Origin: a virus
Length of the DNA: 64,000 nt
Strand: one strand, 5' to 3'
Virus record (IMG/VR): IMGVR_UViG_3300042555_002918
Location: 1 to 64,000 of that record
Below, piece by piece: positions 1 to 10,641 of this stretch. The notes below the pieces were generated by a model. The model searched no databases, had not been told where the DNA came from, and worked only from the letters and a program-made list of their open reading frames with translations. Numbering within the stretch: the stretch's first letter is position 1; each line of letters opens with the position of its first letter. Position numbers and translations under genes: made by a program.

Positions 1-965
1 TGAAAGAGCTTGCTGACGCTATTGGAGAGGATCCAAACTTCTCGGCAACTATCTCTGGAATGGTTGGGACGGTATCTGCTGACCTCGCTGCTGAGGTAAC
101 TCGTGCTCAAGGTGCTGAGGCTGGACTGGCTTCCGACATCACAGCCGAAGAGACCCGCGCAATGGCTGCTGAGGCTGGACTTGCCTCCGACATCACAGCC
201 GAAGAGACCCGCGCAATGGCTGCTGAGGCTGGACTTGCCTCCGATCTCGCTGCTGAGGTAACTCGTGCTCAAGGTGCTGAGGCTGATCTCGCTTCGGATA
301 TCAGTGCTGAAGAGACCCGTGCTGTCGCTGCTGAGGCATCTCTTGCTTCAGACATCGCTGCTGAGGTAACTCGCGCTCAAGGCGTAGAAGCCGGACTCGC
401 TTCCGACATCGCAGATGAAGAGACTCGTGCTCTCGCTGCTGAGGGAGTTATAGCTTCGGATCTTGCTGCTGAGGTAACTCGTGCTGTCGCTGCTGAGGCC
501 GGACTCGCTTCTGACATCGCTGCTGAAGAGACTCGTGCTCTCGCTGCTGAGGGTGCGTTGGATACAAGAGTTTCGACTCTTGAAAGCGGTGTACTGGTAG
601 TTCGTGAAGCTCCAACCGGAGTCATCAACGGAAGCAATACCGTATTCACGCTTGCATCAACTCCTAACGCAGGTTCGGAGCAGGTGTTTGTGAACGGTGT
701 ACTTCAAGAGCCAGGATCATCGGCTGATTATACCATCTCAGGTGGCACGATTACCTTTAATTCGGCTCCTCAATCACCATGGACTGTATTTGTTAATTAT
801 ACGACTGGAGGCTTTGCTCCAATAGTAACAGGCGGTTCTAAAGTTGCAGTACCAGCTTCAGCTTCTTCAGCTGGACAGGTTGGCAATATTGCCTGGGATT
901 CGTCCTACTTCTATGTGTGTGTAAGTACAAACACATGGGTACGTTCGTCTCTTTCAACTTGGTAA
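1..965 (+). CDS. Tail fibre / fibritin-like coiled-coil protein, 5'-truncated by window edge
   Basis: Frame is open upstream of 60 (KELADAIGEDPNFSATISG). 18-aa SDIAAEETRALAAEAGL-type repeats, a REAPTG..NGSNTVFTL..VFVNG..DYTISG domain, and C-terminal GNIAWDSSYFYVCVSTNTW typical of phage fibres. Paralog of the next gene. Confidence 0.75.
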   Translation, partial: KELADAIGEDPNFSATISGMVGTVSADLAAEVTRAQGAEAGLASDITAEETRAMAAEAGLASDITAEETRAMAAEAGLASDLAAEVTRAQGAEADLASDISAEETRAVAAEASLASDIAAEVTRAQGVEAGLASDIADEETRALAAEGVIASDLAAEVTRAVAAEAGLASDIAAEETRALAAEGALDTRVSTLESGVLVVREAPTGVINGSNTVFTLASTPNAGSEQVFVNGVLQEPGSSADYTISGGTITFNSAPQSPWTVFVNYTTGGFAPIVTGGSKVAVPASASSAGQVGNIAWDSSYFYVCVSTNTWVRSSLSTW

Positions 966-981
966 TTGATTGATAACGGCC

Positions 982-1024
982 CTCCCCGCTCTGCCCCATA
1001 GGTAAGCGGGGAGCCCAGGTTTTT
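982..1024 (+). terminator. Putative intrinsic terminator hairpin
   Basis: ctccccgct...agcggggag stem followed by a T run. Confidence 0.45.
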
Positions 1025-1039
1025 AAATTTAGGTTAAAT

Positions 1040-4000
1040 ATGTCAAATTTTTTCAAAACTAAAATTGCCGGAGAGCAAATTCTCGATGGCGCAGTAAAAC
1101 GTCAAAATCTCGAAACATCTATCGTTTCAGACATTGACACACTCAAGGAGAACGATGTCACTAAAGCGGGAGATATCGCTCAGCTACAGACCGACCTCAC
1201 CGCTGAGGAGACCGCTCGTGTTTCAGGCGATACCGCTCTTGGTATTCGTGTCGATGGAGTCGAGGGAGATCTTAGCGCCGAGGTTACCCGAGCTCAGGCT
1301 GCTGAGGCTCAGGTTCTTTCCGATGCAAATAGCTATACAGACACGAAGGTTGCTGACCTTGTTAATTCGGCTCCAGCAGTTCTTGATACACTCAAAGAAC
1401 TTAGCGATGCCTTAGGCTCCGATCCATCATTCGCAACTACCGTTGCTAACAACATCGGTGAAGTGGCTGCTGACATCGCCGCTGAGGAGACTCGCGCTCT
1501 CGCTGCTGAAGGAGTTCTCCAAGGAAACATCGACGCTGAAGAGACTCGTGCTGTCGCTGCTGAGGGAGTCATCGCTTCCGATCTCGCTGCTGAGGTAACT
1601 CGCGCTACCGGCGTAGAGGCTGATCTCGCTTCCGACATTGCGGCTGAAGAGACCCGTGCTCTTGCTGCTGAGGCAGGACTTGCCTCCGACATCACTGCTG
1701 AGGTAACTCGTGCTCAAGGCGCCGAGACCCAACTTTCTAACAGCATTTCATCTGAGGTAACTCGTGCTCAAGGTGCTGAGGCTGATCTCGCTTCGGATAT
1801 CAGTGCTGAAGAATCCCGTGCAATGGCCGCCGAAGGAGCTCTTGGAGTTCGCATTGACGAAGTAGAATCCGACATCGCTGCTGAAGAGACTCGTGCTGTC
1901 GCTGCTGAGGGAGTTATCGCTTCCGATCTCGCTGCTGAGGTAACTCGCGCTACCGGCGTTGAGGCTGGACTTGCTTCAGACATCGCTGCTGAAGAGACCC
2001 GTGCTCTTGCTGCTGAGGCTGATCTCGCTTCAGACATCGCTGCTGAGGTAACTCGCGCTCAAGGCGTAGAAGCCGGACTCGCTTCCGACATCGCAGATGA
2101 AGAGACTCGTGCTCTCGCTGCTGAAGGCGCTCTTTCGAGTCGTCTTAATGTCCTTGAGCAGGATCCAACCACAAAGACCTATGTAGACCAACAGGTTGCG
2201 GGTCTGGTTGACTCTGCCCCAGAGGTTTTAAACACCCTTAAAGAGCTTGCTGATGCAATTGGCGCAGACGCAAACTTTTCAGCCACAATATCTGGAATGG
2301 TAGGCGAAGTAGCATCTGACCTTGCTGCTGAAGAGACCCGTGCCCTCGCTGCTGAGGCTGATCTCGCTTCTGACCTTGCCGCCGAGGTGACTCGTGCTCA
2401 AGGTGCTGAGGCTGATCTCGCTTCCGACATTGCGGCTGAAGAGACTCGTGCTGTCGCTGCTGAGGGAGTTATCGCTTCCGATCTCGCTGCTGAGGTAACT
2501 CGCGCTACCGGCGTAGAGGCTGATCTCGCTTCCGACATCGCGGCTGAAGAGACCCGTGCTCTTGCTGCTGAAGGCGCTCTTGGAGTTCGAATTGATGCAG
2601 TTGAAGCAGATATCGCTGCAGAGGAAACTCGTGCTCTCGCTGCTGAGGCCGATCTCGCTTCCGACATCGCTGCTGAAGAGACCCGTGCTGTCGCTGCTGA
2701 GGCCGGACTCGCTTCTGACATCACTGCTGAGGAAACTCGTGCTCTCGCTGCTGAGGCTGCTATTGCTGCGGACCTCATATCAGAGACCAGCAACCGCGAA
2801 ACCGCCGATTTAGCTCTTGGAGTCAGAATCGACGGCGTTGAAGCAGATCTGGCTGCTGAGGTTACAGATCGAACAAGCGCAGATAGCGCCCTTTCGACTC
2901 GTATCTCTGCACTTGAGGCAGATGCAACAACTAAGAGCTACGTAGATCAAAAGTTTGCTGAGGTAGTTGATAATGCTCCTGCGGTACTCGATACACTTAA
3001 CGAGCTGGCTCAGGCAATAGGCGACGATCCTGCATTTATTACGAACATCAGCTCAACCATCGATGCAGTAGAAGCAAGCGTAAGTGCTGAGGTAACTCGC
3101 GCTCAAGGCGTTGAGGCTGGACTTGCTTCAGACATCGCTGCTGAAGAGACCCGTGCTCTTGCTGCTGAGGCTGGACTTGCTTCCGACATCGCAGATGAAG
3201 AGACTCGTGCTCTCGCTGCTGAGGCTGGACTTGCTTCAGACATCGCTGGCATTGACAGTCGTGTTACAACTCTTGAGGAAAGTGCTTATATAATTCGAGA
3301 AGTTCCATCAGGACTTATCAATGGCACTAACACCGTCTTCCAACTTGATTCTGTTCCTTCCACGGGAACCGAGCAGGTATATTTGAACGGTCTTCTTCAA
3401 GAGGCTGGCGCTTCTGGTGACTACACGATCTCAGGAGACACTATTACGTTTGGTGTAGCCCCAAGCACCGGATATTCTTTGGTAGTCAGCTATGTGACTG
3501 GAGCCCCAGTCTTTAACAGCGTAGGTTCTGGAAGTTCTTCTGGATTCAGTGGTGATTACAACGACCTGGTCAACAAGCCTAGCTTGTTTAGCGGCTCCTA
3601 CACGGACCTTTCAAACAAGCCACAATTGTTTAGTGGTTCTTATACGGACCTCTCAGACAAGCCAAGTTTGTTCAGTGGAGATTACAATGACCTGATCAAC
3701 AAGCCTACAATCCCAAGTCTCACATCGGTTGAGTCGCGAATCTCCTCATTGGAAGCTGACGCTACGACTAAGACCTATGTAGACCAACAGGTTAGTGGTC
3801 TTGTGAACTCGGCTCCTGCAGTTCTTGATACTCTCAAAGAGCTTGCTGATGCTTTGGGATCCGATCCAGCTTTTGCGACAACGGTCTCAAATTCGATTGG
3901 TGCGATTTCAAGCCGAGTTACTTCACTTGAGAGCGTTACTCTTGCTAGCGTAGCTACAAGCGGTTCGTATGCAGATCTGACAAATAAGCCAACTTTGTTT

Positions 4001-5176
4001 AGCGGAGCTTACGCTGACCTAACTGGCACCCCGTCCTTGGCTAGCGTAGCTACAAGCGGTTCGTATGCAGATCTGACAAATAAACCAACTTTGTTTAGCG
4101 GTTCGTATGCAGATCTGACAAATAAGCCAACTTTGTTTAGCGGAGCTTACGCTGACCTAACTGGCAAGCCTTCTTTAGCTAGCGTAGCTACAAGCGGTTC
4201 GTATGCTGACCTCAGTAACAAGCCAACTCTTGCAAGTTTTACGACATTAACTTCACCAGCTTCGGGTCATCATTTAAGATACAACGGAACTTCTTGGGTT
4301 AATGCTGCTATTCCTGCATCCGACTTACCTGTAGCTCAACAAAGCTCTGGAATTATTGACACTGGGTTTCAGATATTCTCTGGTGACAAACGATTCAATG
4401 GCATTATTCAAGCATATGGTGGAGTTGCGGCTAAAGCACCTGCTATCAATCAGCCTGCACTTCGTGTTCAACCAGCCGGAGTATCGCAAAGTATTCCACT
4501 CATCTACCTGGAAAACACTTCGGGCGGTGGAGCATTTACTGTCAGCACATCTGGTGCAACAACAATTGCTCTTGCCAGCGCAAGTGCAAAAGGCATGGTC
4601 ATTACGGCTGCTGCTTCACAAACAGGGAACTTGTTTGAGGTGCAAAACAGTGCGGGAACTGCGAAGACTAGCATCACAAAAGATGGTACGATCGTATTGA
4701 ACGCACTTGGCAACACTACAACCTATGGAATTGGAGTAAGTTACGACTTAAATGGCGGAACCTGCTTGTCCATTCAGCACTCGGGAACTGCTGGTCGGTT
4801 TTTGGCGTCATTCTATAATTCAGCTGCACAGATGGTGGGGTCTATTACCCACGATGGTTCAACTACATCATATGCAACGACCTCTGACCACCGCCTCAAG
4901 GAAAATTTTGTTCCTCTGACCGGTGCTCTTGATAGAGTTGGTAGTTTGCCAATCTACCGTTTCAATTTCAAAGCTAATCCAAGCAAAGTAGTTGATGGAT
5001 GTAAGGCACATGAAGTTGCTGCGGTTTGTCCAGAGGCAGTAAATGGGGATAAAGATGCTACAGATGCTGATGGGGGAATTATTCCTCAGTCAGTTGACTA
5101 TAGTAAGTTAATCCCACTTCTCGTCGCATCAATTCAGGAGCTTAAGGCTAAAGTTGCCGCTCTTGAGAGTAAGTAA
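1040..5176 (+). CDS. Long tail fibre with C-terminal intramolecular chaperone (peptidase S74-like)
   Basis: 18-aa coiled-coil repeats, four SAP..LDTLKELADA.G.D modules, SGSYADLTNKP repeats, C-terminal TTSDHRLKEN...VDYSKLIPLLVASIQEL autocleaving-chaperone signature. Confidence 0.85.
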   Translation: MSNFFKTKIAGEQILDGAVKRQNLETSIVSDIDTLKENDVTKAGDIAQLQTDLTAEETARVSGDTALGIRVDGVEGDLSAEVTRAQAAEAQVLSDANSYTDTKVADLVNSAPAVLDTLKELSDALGSDPSFATTVANNIGEVAADIAAEETRALAAEGVLQGNIDAEETRAVAAEGVIASDLAAEVTRATGVEADLASDIAAEETRALAAEAGLASDITAEVTRAQGAETQLSNSISSEVTRAQGAEADLASDISAEESRAMAAEGALGVRIDEVESDIAAEETRAVAAEGVIASDLAAEVTRATGVEAGLASDIAAEETRALAAEADLASDIAAEVTRAQGVEAGLASDIADEETRALAAEGALSSRLNVLEQDPTTKTYVDQQVAGLVDSAPEVLNTLKELADAIGADANFSATISGMVGEVASDLAAEETRALAAEADLASDLAAEVTRAQGAEADLASDIAAEETRAVAAEGVIASDLAAEVTRATGVEADLASDIAAEETRALAAEGALGVRIDAVEADIAAEETRALAAEADLASDIAAEETRAVAAEAGLASDITAEETRALAAEAAIAADLISETSNRETADLALGVRIDGVEADLAAEVTDRTSADSALSTRISALEADATTKSYVDQKFAEVVDNAPAVLDTLNELAQAIGDDPAFITNISSTIDAVEASVSAEVTRAQGVEAGLASDIAAEETRALAAEAGLASDIADEETRALAAEAGLASDIAGIDSRVTTLEESAYIIREVPSGLINGTNTVFQLDSVPSTGTEQVYLNGLLQEAGASGDYTISGDTITFGVAPSTGYSLVVSYVTGAPVFNSVGSGSSSGFSGDYNDLVNKPSLFSGSYTDLSNKPQLFSGSYTDLSDKPSLFSGDYNDLINKPTIPSLTSVESRISSLEADATTKTYVDQQVSGLVNSAPAVLDTLKELADALGSDPAFATTVSNSIGAISSRVTSLESVTLASVATSGSYADLTNKPTLFSGAYADLTGTPSLASVATSGSYADLTNKPTLFSGSYADLTNKPTLFSGAYADLTGKPSLASVATSGSYADLSNKPTLASFTTLTSPASGHHLRYNGTSWVNAAIPASDLPVAQQSSGIIDTGFQIFSGDKRFNGIIQAYGGVAAKAPAINQPALRVQPAGVSQSIPLIYLENTSGGGAFTVSTSGATTIALASASAKGMVITAAASQTGNLFEVQNSAGTAKTSITKDGTIVLNALGNTTTYGIGVSYDLNGGTCLSIQHSGTAGRFLASFYNSAAQMVGSITHDGSTTSYATTSDHRLKENFVPLTGALDRVGSLPIYRFNFKANPSKVVDGCKAHEVAAVCPEAVNGDKDATDADGGIIPQSVDYSKLIPLLVASIQELKAKVAALESK

Positions 5177-5195
5177 TTTACTTGACTGACCTACC

Positions 5196-5231
5196 GGGCC
5201 GCCGTCTTAAAAGAGATGGCGGCCCTTTTTT
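5196..5231 (+). terminator. Rho-independent terminator
   Basis: gggccgccgtct/agatggcggccc stem followed by T6. Confidence 0.85.
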
Positions 5232-5691
5232 ATGCCTTTGCTCTGGAAATGATAACGACACCGAGAGATTTTAAGGTCACTTCATCCCACACCTGGAATT
5301 TATATCCCATAGAGTTCGCATACTGCTCCGCTGCTTGCCATTTAGCAGTGTTTTGGGCGTAGGTCCTAGCCTCAGCTTCTACTAGCTGCTTCCGCCTCCC
5401 CTTGCCCGTTTTAGGAGGTATACACTCTTTCTGCGGCTTGACCTCCACCAGAAAGATTCCGGCAGTTGTTTCAATCATGAAATCTATGATGTACCGGTGA
5501 ACCCGGTCGTCTACAGGCGATACGTATGGAACGACCACGCTTTCGGACGACCACTTGAGAACCTTGTCGTTCATATCGAGCCAGTACATAACAGCCGCCT
5601 CCCAAGATGAGCGATACACGATTTTAGAGAGGTCACCTCGATATTTTTGGGGATTTTTGGGTCGATAGAGGCCCTGATGGAACGTTTTCAC
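5230..5691 (-). CDS. gp4: Head completion nuclease, T4 gp4-like (TnsA-like PD-(D/E)xK)
   Basis: G.YRPKNPQKY.GD..IVYRSSWE, WSSE, HRY..DF, EVKP, N.AKW motifs. Confidence 0.9.
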   Translation of the reverse strand: MKTFHQGLYRPKNPQKYRGDLSKIVYRSSWEAAVMYWLDMNDKVLKWSSESVVVPYVSPVDDRVHRYIIDFMIETTAGIFLVEVKPQKECIPPKTGKGRRKQLVEAEARTYAQNTAKWQAAEQYANSMGYKFQVWDEVTLKSLGVVIISRAKA

Positions 5692-5747
5692 AGTCGCCCA
5701 CTAAATAGATCATTGAATTTCAACGAACTATTTAGAGGCACCTATAA

Positions 5748-6644
5748 ATGTCGGGCTACCTTGAATACATGCGGAAAATCTATGGAGACCGCGCCCTTGA
5801 GCTAATCAATAAGGCTGGTCAAGGGTTCTTGCCTCCGGACGGGAATACCGAGGTAGACCAAATGGTGTACCCACAAGACCTATTCTCTCCTGACGCATCC
5901 CCTTTCATCCTCTTCTTTGCGGTACATCCAACAAACACCAACGTGATCTTAGACAAAATCGCTCTATACATGCCCCGAGAAGTCTCCGTGAACTATGGGA
6001 TAAATTTCAGCGAGGCGACCAACTTGTTTGAGTATAACAACATGATGAGCGACAAGTCGGTGCAAGACTACTTTGCTGGCACTGCCATGGCTACTGCAGT
6101 ATACGGAGCATATCGAGGCGCCTCAGGAGCACCAGGAATTGGTGGGAAGATACTTGGAGCTGGCGCTGGAGCATTAACGGCTGCTGGAAACGTTGCCAGC
6201 CGCTCAAACTCTATCGGACAAACTCTCTCTATTCAGAAAAAGAAGACCCTTAACCCTCACCTTGCTGCTTCGTTTGAGGGTGTAAGCTTTAGGCGACATC
6301 CTTTCTTTTTTGACCTAGTAGCCCGTAATAAAGAAGAAACAGAGACAATCAATCAAATCATTTACAAATTTAAGTACCATGCACACCCAGAAGCAGGCGA
6401 CCCCGACTCCACAGCTACCTTCTGGCAATGGCCGTCTGCCTGGCAAATCGGTCTTTTTTCTCCGGCCCGAAAGTACCTACACAGTATTTCAACCTGTCAC
6501 ATTACCAACATGAACGTAAGTTACTCGGGAGGAGGAACCCGAGCGTTTTTCTCTGATACCGGAGCTCCCGTTTCAGTTCGTCTGTCATTAGAGTTTATGG
6601 AAACCGAGTTGATAACACGCGGTCGCATACGCCAAGGATTTTAG
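5748..6644 (+). CDS. gp48: Baseplate tail-tube cap, gp48-like
   Basis: IALYMP, NP..A.FEGV.FR.H.F.F, C.IT..V.Y, P..V.LSLEF.E.E motifs; lies between gp4 and gp53. Confidence 0.75.
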   Translation: MSGYLEYMRKIYGDRALELINKAGQGFLPPDGNTEVDQMVYPQDLFSPDASPFILFFAVHPTNTNVILDKIALYMPREVSVNYGINFSEATNLFEYNNMMSDKSVQDYFAGTAMATAVYGAYRGASGAPGIGGKILGAGAGALTAAGNVASRSNSIGQTLSIQKKKTLNPHLAASFEGVSFRRHPFFFDLVARNKEETETINQIIYKFKYHAHPEAGDPDSTATFWQWPSAWQIGLFSPARKYLHSISTCHITNMNVSYSGGGTRAFFSDTGAPVSVRLSLEFMETELITRGRIRQGF

Positions 6645-6646
6645 GC

Positions 6647-7153
6647 ATGAAGTACTTTCAGTATCTTCCTACATTTGATTACTCCAACCTCACTGTAACC
6701 AACATTCTTGCGCGGGCAAAAGTGCGAGAGTTTGTACTGAACAATGCATCTGTTTATTACAAACATCGCATTGCCGACGGAGAGCGCCCAGATATTCTGG
6801 CTAGCAAATATTACGGAAACTCCAACTATACCTGGCTTATTTTTTACGCCAACGACATCTTTGACCCGATATTTGACTGGCCTTTGACTGGAGATGCACT
6901 TGAGGCGCACATGTCCAACACCGTTGGGTCACTTGAAGTAGCTCAACAGACCCCACATCACTACTTGCTGGACGGTCAATATATAATTGACCGAGAGACA
7001 TACATGGACATAAACCTCCCGGCCAACCGAAAGAGGGTAGTCTCTGTCTATGAACATCATGTGAATGAGAACGAAAAGAAGAGAGAGATCAAGCTTATTG
7101 ACCAAGCGTACGTGCGACAGATCGTAAACGAGATGCAGAGGTTATTCATCTAG
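6647..7153 (+). CDS. gp53: Baseplate wedge subunit, gp53-like
   Basis: MKYF..LP, GERPDILA.KYYG....WLI..AN.I.DP..DWP, NE.KR.I.LI. Confidence 0.9.
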   Translation: MKYFQYLPTFDYSNLTVTNILARAKVREFVLNNASVYYKHRIADGERPDILASKYYGNSNYTWLIFYANDIFDPIFDWPLTGDALEAHMSNTVGSLEVAQQTPHHYLLDGQYIIDRETYMDINLPANRKRVVSVYEHHVNENEKKREIKLIDQAYVRQIVNEMQRLFI

Positions 7154-7159
7154 GGGTTT

Positions 7160-8554
7160 ATGTCTGATACTAGCCTTAGTCCAGAAGTCCTTCGTAGGGA
7201 ACGAGACTACTACATTAACTACCTGAAAATTGTCGCCTACAATGGCAAAGAGTACTCTATCGCGTCTCAAATGATAGAGTTTACTTTTCACGAAAACATT
7301 GCGACCCCGTGCGTTTACTGTTCAGTTACTCTGTACGATGCGGTTGACTTCCCCACTCTTCTTCCAATGATTGGCGAAGAGCGCCTTAAAGTTAGCTTTA
7401 CCCGACAAGATGAACACGCAGCAAAAAATGAGGGAGGATTTAAGAAGCCAATCGTTCTCGACATGCCCATCTATAAGATATCAGGTAGGTCACCGGAGAA
7501 CACAAGCAGAAAGGGGCAGGTTTACACTCTTCACGCCACTTCGGATGAGATGCTTCAGTCACTGAAAAGCAAAGTACGCCTAGGCCTTAAAGGAATGACC
7601 TACTCGGAGATGGTCGACAAGGTGTTTAACGAATACGTAAAGGTTTCAAAACCCGTTGAGGTTGAACCTACAAAGCACCTCCACGATTTCTGCATATCAA
7701 ACATGAACCCATTTAGGTTTATTACGCATGTGTCGGGCAAATCAATCAGTCCGAAATACGGAGGATGCCTGTACTTTTTCTATGAGGACCGAGACAAATT
7801 CAACTACAAGAGCCTAGGAAGCCTCTTCGAGGGGAATAAGAGCCTAGACATAAACTTTGCGGTAAAAAACACCCTCAAGCAGGGAGGAGATAAGGCTGGT
7901 CCAAAGGAACGCATATTTGAAAGGGACATGTATGCAGTTGAGGCTCTTGAGCATAAGGGCAGTTTTGACCTGATTAAAACTATTGTGTCAGGCGGCTACT
8001 CCCAAAAAGCGATTTTTTTCGACCCAGTTCGGCAACTTATAACAACTAAAGACTTTGACATTGAACAGGAATGGGACTCCTTACCCCATATCGATAAGGT
8101 AAAGCCATTCACAGAAGGCAACAAAGCAAAGGCGGCCCCCGATTCACGAATAACAGTCCAATGGACGAACGCCGAGCACGACAGTGTTGAGCATATTTCA
8201 GGGAAAGAGCCAGGTATTAACCCGTTTAGAGCGGAAGATTTCAGCCTTCGGGTAAACGCTCAGATGGACGGAATGATCAGAAACTCCATTGACGTGGTTA
8301 TACCCGGAACACCCGATTTGGTGGCAGGGCAAGTCATTAACTTTCACCTACCAGAGCACCTAGGAAAAGTCAGTAAAGAAGAGCCCGAGGAACCTGACGC
8401 ATATCTGCAGGGTAAATACCTTGTAGTCAGCGTGATGCATCGACTCTCAACTACAGAGTACACGTGCAGTGCAACTATAGTTAAGGACTCCTTCTACTCG
8501 AACATCAAACATCGCAACCCCGAGGAAGAGTACCCAATCAATAAGATTTACTAA
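7160..8554 (+). CDS. Baseplate hub / tail protein (gp27-like)
   Basis: LP.IGEE.L...F, FFYE....F..KSL, IPG..L.AG..I.F, G.YLV..V.H; synteny in baseplate module. Confidence 0.65.
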   Translation: MSDTSLSPEVLRRERDYYINYLKIVAYNGKEYSIASQMIEFTFHENIATPCVYCSVTLYDAVDFPTLLPMIGEERLKVSFTRQDEHAAKNEGGFKKPIVLDMPIYKISGRSPENTSRKGQVYTLHATSDEMLQSLKSKVRLGLKGMTYSEMVDKVFNEYVKVSKPVEVEPTKHLHDFCISNMNPFRFITHVSGKSISPKYGGCLYFFYEDRDKFNYKSLGSLFEGNKSLDINFAVKNTLKQGGDKAGPKERIFERDMYAVEALEHKGSFDLIKTIVSGGYSQKAIFFDPVRQLITTKDFDIEQEWDSLPHIDKVKPFTEGNKAKAAPDSRITVQWTNAEHDSVEHISGKEPGINPFRAEDFSLRVNAQMDGMIRNSIDVVIPGTPDLVAGQVINFHLPEHLGKVSKEEPEEPDAYLQGKYLVVSVMHRLSTTEYTCSATIVKDSFYSNIKHRNPEEEYPINKIY

Positions 8555-9216
8555 TGACGGATTTACGAGACACCAAACGAAAGAAGTCAGCCCGGTCTCC
8601 GGAGGATATCTTCGAGATAGGTATCCAGGAAGCTCAGACTGCCGGAGTCTTCCGTAAACGCACCCAGAGCGCAATTAAATGGTACCTTGGCCTAATCCGC
8701 CGCCTTGCCCCATCCCCAATCAACAGGGCAGGATTTACCAAACGAGAGCGGCTTCAGCAGGGACTGCGCTTCGGGAGCCTCTACTGCTACGTGTATGACG
8801 CAAAAACTAAAGACGACCTACCATACTGGGATAGGTTTCCATTGGTATTCCCGATAACCCCTACAAAGAATGGAAATGGCTGGTACGGCCTTAACTTACA
8901 CTACGTTCCACTCGAATACCGGGCAAAACTTCTATCTGTGCTCTATCGCGTAGCAAACAATAAGCGATACGACGAGACAACCAAATTGAAGCTCTCATAC
9001 GAATATTTGAAAGACCTAGGCGGGATGAACAAAGCCTTGGCTATGGTTGCCTTCAAGCAATACCTAACAAGCCACGTCCGAAGCCGTTTCATTTATATCA
9101 CCCCGGATGAGTGGCCCATCGCCTTATTTCTACCCATGGAACAGTGGCAAAAGAAGAGCTTTGGGGAGGTCAATTTTGACATACAGGGCCAGATTAAACG
9201 GCTCAGGGATAAATAG
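8554..9216 (+). CDS. gp2: DNA end protector, gp2-like
   Basis: G.LY.Y.YDAK.K..LPYWDRFPLVF, GLNLHY.P..R, K.YL..HVRS, W..A..LP. Confidence 0.9.
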   Translation: MTDLRDTKRKKSARSPEDIFEIGIQEAQTAGVFRKRTQSAIKWYLGLIRRLAPSPINRAGFTKRERLQQGLRFGSLYCYVYDAKTKDDLPYWDRFPLVFPITPTKNGNGWYGLNLHYVPLEYRAKLLSVLYRVANNKRYDETTKLKLSYEYLKDLGGMNKALAMVAFKQYLTSHVRSRFIYITPDEWPIALFLPMEQWQKKSFGEVNFDIQGQIKRLRDK

Positions 9217-9223
9217 TCAGTAT

Positions 9224-9877
9224 ATGCCTATCTCAATCGACATTCTGAAAGCGGCTCTTGACCTGGGAAATGGTCCTACCATGGCATCCCAGTTCCAGGT
9301 CATTTTTAGCCTACCCTCGGCACTTAGAACAGGAAGCGAGGGATTTAACTCTACTTCACTTTCGATTCTTTGTCAGAGTGCTACCTTGCCAGGAACCCAA
9401 GTAGCAACAACCGAGCTTCCGGTTTATGGACCAGGAGTAAAAATGCCATATGGCCTGATTTATCAGGACTTGAACATCACCTTCCTGTGTACCAATTCAA
9501 TGGCACAGAGGAAGATATTTGAGGAGTGGCGCCGGATTATAATCGACCCCACGTCAAACTACGTAAATTACTACGATACATATGTAGGAGAGATACTTGT
9601 ACAGAAGCTGAATCAAAGTGGCCAAGCATCACATAGCGTGCTCTATGAAGAGGCTTTCCCTATTGCCATTTATGAACAAGAGCTTGCCTCTACCAATAAC
9701 GATTGGTTGAAGTTATCCGTACAGTTCTCTTATAGACGATGGAGAACCAAACTGGATCTCACTGCTGCATCAACGGCGGGTTTTGGATCTGTAGAGATAC
9801 CCGAGGCGCCGGGTGAAGTTGGTAATCCAAGTGACATATTTAAAAACACACCAGTACCAAAGGTACCTAGTTTTTAG
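9224..9877 (+). CDS. gp54: Baseplate tail-tube initiator (gp54-like, tube fold)
   Basis: LC..ATLPG, K.PY...Y..L..TF, FE.W, EAFP, L.V.FSYR.W. Start moved to ATG 9224, just after late promoter ATAAATA. Confidence 0.75.
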   Translation: MPISIDILKAALDLGNGPTMASQFQVIFSLPSALRTGSEGFNSTSLSILCQSATLPGTQVATTELPVYGPGVKMPYGLIYQDLNITFLCTNSMAQRKIFEEWRRIIIDPTSNYVNYYDTYVGEILVQKLNQSGQASHSVLYEEAFPIAIYEQELASTNNDWLKLSVQFSYRRWRTKLDLTAASTAGFGSVEIPEAPGEVGNPSDIFKNTPVPKVPSF

Positions 9878-9900
9878 AAGTGTTTTGAGGAGTAGCAACC

Positions 9901-10641
9901 ATGCAACGGATAACCCCAATCGTACATCCAACATTCGAAATTGCCATTCCATCATCAGGAAAGAAAGTCACTTCTCGCCCTATCGTTACACGAGAGCGAA
10001 AAGCTCTCCTTACCGCCCTACAATCTGCAGACAGTGTAACAATAGGCCGAAGCGTCAAAGACATTATTAAGTCATGTGTAAACGACATCACGGTTGATGA
10101 CCTGACCACTTTTGACTTCGAATGGATCTTCCTACAACTAATTATCAATTCAATAAAAGAAACGCTCGACTTGGAGGTACGTATTCCGAACCGCGAGGAA
10201 GAGTGCCAGGAGTGTGGGCGTACTCGAATCATGAGAGTAAATTTACGAGACGCGCAAGTTGAGGGAATCAAGCGAGAAAAATCAGACTTTTTGATTGAAA
10301 TCTCTGCTGGAGTCGGCTTGAAGCTGCGGTATCCAACGGAGAAGACACTAGAGGCCCTAGCAGAAAACTCGACCAACAAGAGTCACATAGAGAAATTAAC
10401 GGACCTTATTGCTCTATCTATAGAATCGGTATTTGACGAGTCAGGAACAAAGCTGTTTTCTGAATTTGATTATAAGTCTCAGATTGAATTTTTGGACTCA
10501 CTCCCAATACCGGTAACGGATAGGTTAGAGGCATTTGTTGAATCAGTTCCGAGAGTTGAATTGAATGTGGTCGTAGAGTGCCCCAAGTGCAAATTCAAAG
10601 CCTATCATCAGATGTCGGGGCTAGCTGATTTTTTCGTCTGA
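9901..10641 (+). CDS. gp26: Baseplate hub assembly chaperone, gp26-like
   Basis: PTFE..IPSSGKKV..RP...E.K.LL, L..FD.E.IFL.L...S..E, L.YP, C-terminal CPKC...GLADFF. Confidence 0.85.
   Translation: MQRITPIVHPTFEIAIPSSGKKVTSRPIVTRERKALLTALQSADSVTIGRSVKDIIKSCVNDITVDDLTTFDFEWIFLQLIINSIKETLDLEVRIPNREEECQECGRTRIMRVNLRDAQVEGIKREKSDFLIEISAGVGLKLRYPTEKTLEALAENSTNKSHIEKLTDLIALSIESVFDESGTKLFSEFDYKSQIEFLDSLPIPVTDRLEAFVESVPRVELNVVVECPKCKFKAYHQMSGLADFFV

Noticed and set aside
377-3293. Antisense and alternate-frame ORFs over the fibre repeats
   Set aside because: Shadows of the Ala/Glu repeat codon pattern; no independent signals.
1-5176. Diversity-generating retroelement acting on fibres
   Set aside because: No reverse transcriptase and no adenine-specific TR/VR pair seen in the window.
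9107-9223. N-terminal extension of gp54 ORF
   Set aside because: Overlaps gp2; the late promoter points to ATG 9224.
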